Positions 60,701 through 64,000 of a DNA stretch of 64,000 nucleotides are shown here, in pieces. A model generated the notes under the pieces. It was not told where the DNA came from, did not search any database, and saw only the letters and a list, made by a program, of their open reading frames with translations. Both the position numbers and the translations under genes were made by a program. How positions within the stretch are numbered: position 1 is the first letter of the stretch; each line of letters opens with the position of its first letter. The stretch comes from Halocafeteria seosinensis. Lineage: Eukaryota. The stretch covers positions 1-64,000 of the forward strand of contig LVLI01000154.1 of the NCBI GenBank assembly GCA_001687465.1, given 5' to 3'.

Positions 60701-63700
60701 GAAGCGTTTCTTGGGGTGCGAACCACTGATGAGAGGTTGACAACGGTCGAAATACTGGCGGCTTGTGCTCCGGATCTTTCAGCTGAGAAGGACGATCAAT
60801 TCGTGTATTCATCTTGCCAGCAACAGTACCAGCAAACTGAGTCGTCCTTGGAACTTCCGGTATTTTTGAAGGCTCGATTGCTGCGAAATCAGACCTGCGG
60901 GACCGCCGAAAGGGAGTTTGTAAAATGCCGACAGCTGGAATACAAGTTAATGTGGTTTTTCACGCCTAACTCGTCCTCACTGATTAGTTCAGAGATACCC
61001 CTTCTCAGGGCAAGTTTTAAAGACAGGTTCCGCAACCCAGACGAGGACGTGAAAATAGCTATTCCTCTCAGCCTTACAGTTCAGGTGTCCAACCGAAATC
61101 TGGCATCCATCAACCAGCAACTTGTATTGAATGTGTCCGATGTACTCCGAACTGTAGAGACTGAGATGTCGGTGCAGCCGAGGATTCTATCCATCGACGT
61201 CGAACGACGCTTAACCAGCCCAAACATGACAACAAGTGTCACTCGAACAGTAACTTTGACGCTTGAAAGCAACCAAGAGTACAGGTGGAAAGCCTCTTCC
61301 ACATTAAGGGATTTAGTTACCCTTCCATCATCTGGGAGCTCGGGAGAGCGCGGCAAGTCCATTCAGCACACTGTTCATTTTGATGTCTTACATGCTCCGC
61401 ATGGGAGCATTGATTCCACCATCGAGGTGCAGGTGTCACCTATCGGTCTTAACAATTGGAAAATTATGAGGATTTCCACCTCCATTACAGTAAAACAAGG
61501 AAGTATAGAGTCGCCTACAAAAAAGCTGCTTGTCCAGAAAAGCATTCATGGAGACCCAGAGAGACGAGAAATTCTGGTGTCAAACACTGGAGACTTGGAA
61601 GTCCAATGGCGTGCCCGGCTTTTGGCAAGTACCGAGATGGGACACAAGGAACTCTCTTATGCAGAATTGCGTAGGTTTTGGGTACAACCAACGACACTCT
61701 CGTCCATGAGCGGTGGAACCCTTCCACCAAACAAACAACAGCAAACGCTTGTGCGGATGGAAATGATCCCTAAGTTTGTCAGCTCTGGCCTTTTCGAAGG
61801 GTGGGTAGTCTTCGAGACCGACGCTAGTGATGCTTCACCGCAGTCGTTCTCGAACAAGATCCCTCAGATTGCTTCAAAGACCTTGTTTGGCAAGCAACTT
61901 TGGGTACAGCTGAGGCTCCTGGTAACTTCGGTGTTTGTTTGTCCATCATTCCCTGTTCAAACTGACGTGCTTCCCTTTGAACGAGTCTCTACTGAATGGA
62001 AAGTACTGAACGTTGACACCCAACCATTGCTCGTATTTGCGAACAGTTTCCATATGAATTTTGCGGAAAATGGAAACGGATCGATCGTGCAATTTAGTTT
62101 CGCAAATGGCATGCAAACGGCACTGCTAGCAAAGGATCGAACTTTTGGAAACTGGCTCACTCTTTCGCCCACGGCAGTTACCATAGCACCCAAGAGCACC
62201 CGCATTTTCCGCGCATCGTTAAGGTACCCATCGAAGCGTTTAAGAATAAAAAATGTTTCTCAGGACTTTGTTGCAGCGTCTTATACTACCACATTCAGGT
62301 TTAGGCTTTCTGTACTCACTTGGGAGAAATGGCGTAGCCTTGGCTTATCAGCGCAAAGTGGGGATGACAGAACGCTGTCGTTAGCGACATCCTTCTTACC
62401 AGGAAGTGCTACCCCTGTTCACTCATCAGTAATCGCAGCGAATAATCAGACCGAGATCGGAAGAGGAGTTGACGTGCATATTCGTCTGAGCGATGTTTTT
62501 GGGACTCCCGGGGCCAAGGCTATCAACCATTGCTCCAAACTTCCTCCATTCAGCACAAACCGGTTGCCGTGCTTGAATGTAGAGATGCACCCTCTGAACG
62601 CCGACCTTGATCGATCCTCAATCAAATTACGGTTCCCGCCACGTACACAAAACGCTCGCAGGATTCGCAGCTTTTCGTTTTCTGTCATGTTTCAGGTCCA
62701 GGGAGACGCCCAAATAAGTGTTCGTTTAAACAATGTGTCTATCACAGGTTCTCCCCTTGTGCTCCAAACGAAGACAGTGAGTTGCCATGAACACGAAGTT
62801 CCAAATGCCAGAGGGACGAAGTGCTTGTGTGAAGCAGGCCGATACCGCATTCCCATGAACCAGCATGTTGGTTCCCATTGTGTTCCATGCGAGGAAGGAC
62901 GTTTCCAACCAGAGCCATCCAACATAGAGCAATGCCCACTTTGCCCTTCTGATCAGTTTTCAACACCCGGAAGTAAAAGGTGTTATCCCTGTCCAGTGAG
63001 TGGATTCAAATGCGTCAAGGGGAAGTTACTGATGGAGGATGGCTTTTGGTGCGAAGTTTGTTCCTCAAACAGTGAAACAGGAGCGTCTAATGAGACAGTA
63101 CGTCGATTAATATTGAGCAGGCTCCAAAGTTTTGGTGATATACAAATGCACCGCTGTAATCCTGAGAAAGCATGCGTCATCAATCAAACTAGGTTCCTGA
63201 CTGAATGCAAGAGAGGACACAAGGGCCCACTATGCAGTGTTTGCGAGGACGGGTACGTGAAAACAGACGGTACATGTCTTGTTTGCAATCAAAGTGAACG
63301 AGCTACCATACTCTTATCGCTGTGGGTCATCGTTGAGTTCGCGATCGTGGCAGGACTGAACATCGATGAGTCAAAGTCCAAAACCTCGACGGGGAACAGG
63401 ACTAGCAATGCAGACGCGAGAACTGCTAGCAACGTCCATAAAATGAAATCGTCATCATTTGAATCACCAGCTGTGGCTGACAAGCTCGTGGACCAATACA
63501 AGGAGAAGAGTTCTGTGGCATACATTGAGCTGGTCGTTTTGTTGATTGTAGACTACCTACAGGTTTGCTCGATCATTGGGCGGACACAATACAATCCCTA
63601 CGCAGGCACTCTGATGTTGTTTGGAGAGGTTACAAAACTGTTTTTGATGGATCCTACCACTCTGGACTCCTTCCGATGTCTATCCCAACTTGGATTCTTT

Positions 63701-64000
63701 GCGCGTTCTCTTATCTCTCTCCTCTTTCCGTGGTTCCTCGCTGTACTATCCGTCGCACTGTATTCCCTACTGACTGCAATCCAAAATAGCCGAAAGGCAG
63801 AGACAAGGAACACTACGTGGAAGGATTCGTTCAAACCCGTAGTGACTATTATAGGGCAGATACACTCGGCCGTCACAATGACTGTCATTAGCGTTTTCGA
63901 TTTGTATCCTCATGAGATACGGGGCCACTTGAGACCAACTGCAGACTTGTCCTTTAAGATCGAGGAGCAGGAGTATCTAATCCTGGCTGGGTTGGGTGGT
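57779..64000 (+). CDS. Giant surface receptor/adhesin (partial, >=2,074 aa): signal peptide, GLUG-like repeats, CxxC repeats, Ser/Thr stalk, Ig/filamin-like domains, Cys-rich region, multi-TM C-terminus
   Basis: One stop-free frame from ATG 57779 to the window end, absent from the ORF track because it has no stop. Hydrophobic ILGSLLVACLLLCA; six GGI(A/I/C/V)G repeats; CQRCPPHQ-type repeats; CKRGHKGPLCSVCEDGY; then TM helices with DYLQV. Confidence 0.88.
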   Translation, partial: MLHCKRFECRGRALYSSHLETTILGSLLVACLLLCAQEAEASEIDLEHEPCIEEDDANSLLLQTCDIDWNYRGYQNDDYITLKKNQEFDGQNYTFSLHGVEAFDGLFRVHGDVDSFDEAPLIRNVHTIKGEAAGSEGFIVQAGQRFLQIYFCGNSGGKLNYGSGGIAGRDSGYASGQVLIEDCYFTGSMTDNDAGGIIGLYAGNNGGTVNVSNCYNTADTAMWCGGICGARAGNGEDSQVYIKQCYSTGQIAADNSGGIVGGKTYSVNVSQCFTTGAIMADHTGGIIGAKTAFDGGSVEIKDVFSTGNVQQGTYESGGIVGGIAPTGNMWIRNVYMLSGSDSNSRAFMVGQVESDNAEIQYSVHHSSDGTTDAAKLVDINPDPLHQEGNSGDLRDIDGQLYQVNTHSWSHDIWHVPENPDDEGKKYPRFQFQKASESFCGRGKVPRLQEDGCQDCPSHQISSTVDSQCRPCGPGEIPTEDQDECQRCPPHQVATSLDNMCQPCGDGEVPNAIQVSCKQCLPYLIANCTDTECKPCESGAVPNGEQNGCERCPAHKVANESVSECQRCGAGHIPDEQQHRCQQCLLHQYANISDVECQVCGRGRVPSEDQSECRPCSPNEIANSSDIRCRVCESPHIPTADQGACMEPSSYPTPSISSTPSDSPSVTSSPTVSPTATASSSSSVSGTVSVTMTSSSSGTESPTASKSESASPTMSKSKTVTPTTTSSPTVSPTATASSSSSVSGTVSVTMTSSSSGTESPTASKSESASPTMTKSKTVTPTTTLSGSPTSSVTSSPTVSPTATASSSSSVSGTVSVTMTSSSSGTESPTASKSESASPTMTKSKTVTPTTTLSGSPTSSVTSSPTVSPTATTSRSPSQTVTNTATLSCSATALSSSSVSGTVSVTMTSSSSETDTPTASDSASRSPANLQPVIFNNVSVWENQSTKCSEKQPICITLLYPPIVRREYTEEADGFGEAFLGVRTTDERLTTVEILAACAPDLSAEKDDQFVYSSCQQQYQQTESSLELPVFLKARLLRNQTCGTAEREFVKCRQLEYKLMWFFTPNSSSLISSEIPLLRASFKDRFRNPDEDVKIAIPLSLTVQVSNRNLASINQQLVLNVSDVLRTVETEMSVQPRILSIDVERRLTSPNMTTSVTRTVTLTLESNQEYRWKASSTLRDLVTLPSSGSSGERGKSIQHTVHFDVLHAPHGSIDSTIEVQVSPIGLNNWKIMRISTSITVKQGSIESPTKKLLVQKSIHGDPERREILVSNTGDLEVQWRARLLASTEMGHKELSYAELRRFWVQPTTLSSMSGGTLPPNKQQQTLVRMEMIPKFVSSGLFEGWVVFETDASDASPQSFSNKIPQIASKTLFGKQLWVQLRLLVTSVFVCPSFPVQTDVLPFERVSTEWKVLNVDTQPLLVFANSFHMNFAENGNGSIVQFSFANGMQTALLAKDRTFGNWLTLSPTAVTIAPKSTRIFRASLRYPSKRLRIKNVSQDFVAASYTTTFRFRLSVLTWEKWRSLGLSAQSGDDRTLSLATSFLPGSATPVHSSVIAANNQTEIGRGVDVHIRLSDVFGTPGAKAINHCSKLPPFSTNRLPCLNVEMHPLNADLDRSSIKLRFPPRTQNARRIRSFSFSVMFQVQGDAQISVRLNNVSITGSPLVLQTKTVSCHEHEVPNARGTKCLCEAGRYRIPMNQHVGSHCVPCEEGRFQPEPSNIEQCPLCPSDQFSTPGSKRCYPCPVSGFKCVKGKLLMEDGFWCEVCSSNSETGASNETVRRLILSRLQSFGDIQMHRCNPEKACVINQTRFLTECKRGHKGPLCSVCEDGYVKTDGTCLVCNQSERATILLSLWVIVEFAIVAGLNIDESKSKTSTGNRTSNADARTASNVHKMKSSSFESPAVADKLVDQYKEKSSVAYIELVVLLIVDYLQVCSIIGRTQYNPYAGTLMLFGEVTKLFLMDPTTLDSFRCLSQLGFFARSLISLLFPWFLAVLSVALYSLLTAIQNSRKAETRNTTWKDSFKPVVTIIGQIHSAVTMTVISVFDLYPHEIRGHLRPTADLSFKIEEQEYLILAGLGG
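59767..60530 (+). repeat. Coding tandem repeat, near-identical Ser/Thr/Pro units
   Basis: acatcttc(t/g)ccgactgtgtctcctacggc starts at 59774, 59948, 60152 and 60356 (periods 174, 204, 204), plus a partial copy near 60448-60530. Confidence 0.97.

Noticed and set aside
1..64000. tRNA, rRNA, spliceosomal snRNA genes; a single co-functional gene cluster
   Set aside because: No diagnostic RNA motifs were seen by eye. The neighbouring genes are functionally unrelated, so there is no evidence that the unusual genes form one system.

Overview
Gene-dense eukaryotic nuclear DNA with short (mostly ~55-95 nt) GT-AG introns and the standard genetic code. The style suggests a flagellated heterotrophic protist, possibly a stramenopile; that is inference only. 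Recognisable genes are a GFA/CENP-V protein, a mitochondrial RAP-domain protein, a prenylated single-FN3 protein, PDK1, an ELM2/PLU-1/PHD chromatin protein, GPKOW/Spp2, cullin-4, a C2-domain protein, GINS Psf2 and a mitochondrial cold-shock-domain protein. A >2,070-aa surface receptor runs off the right end and is missing from the ORF track. The most striking items are: (1) an intact ~4,700-aa dynein heavy chain derivative that has lost the AAA1, AAA3 and AAA4 Walker motifs and apparently the whole stalk and microtubule-binding domain; (2) a PHTF-like member of the 7TM ion-channel (insect GR/OR) superfamily; (3) a decayed MLKL/HeLo-like four-helix-bundle + kinase + near-identical ankyrin-repeat gene; (4) a secreted two-module 8-Cys peptide precursor with a pseudogenised tandem copy; (5) a 735-bp Tc1/mariner-type (Stowaway-like) non-autonomous element. 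All family assignments come from motif recognition by eye; no searches were run.
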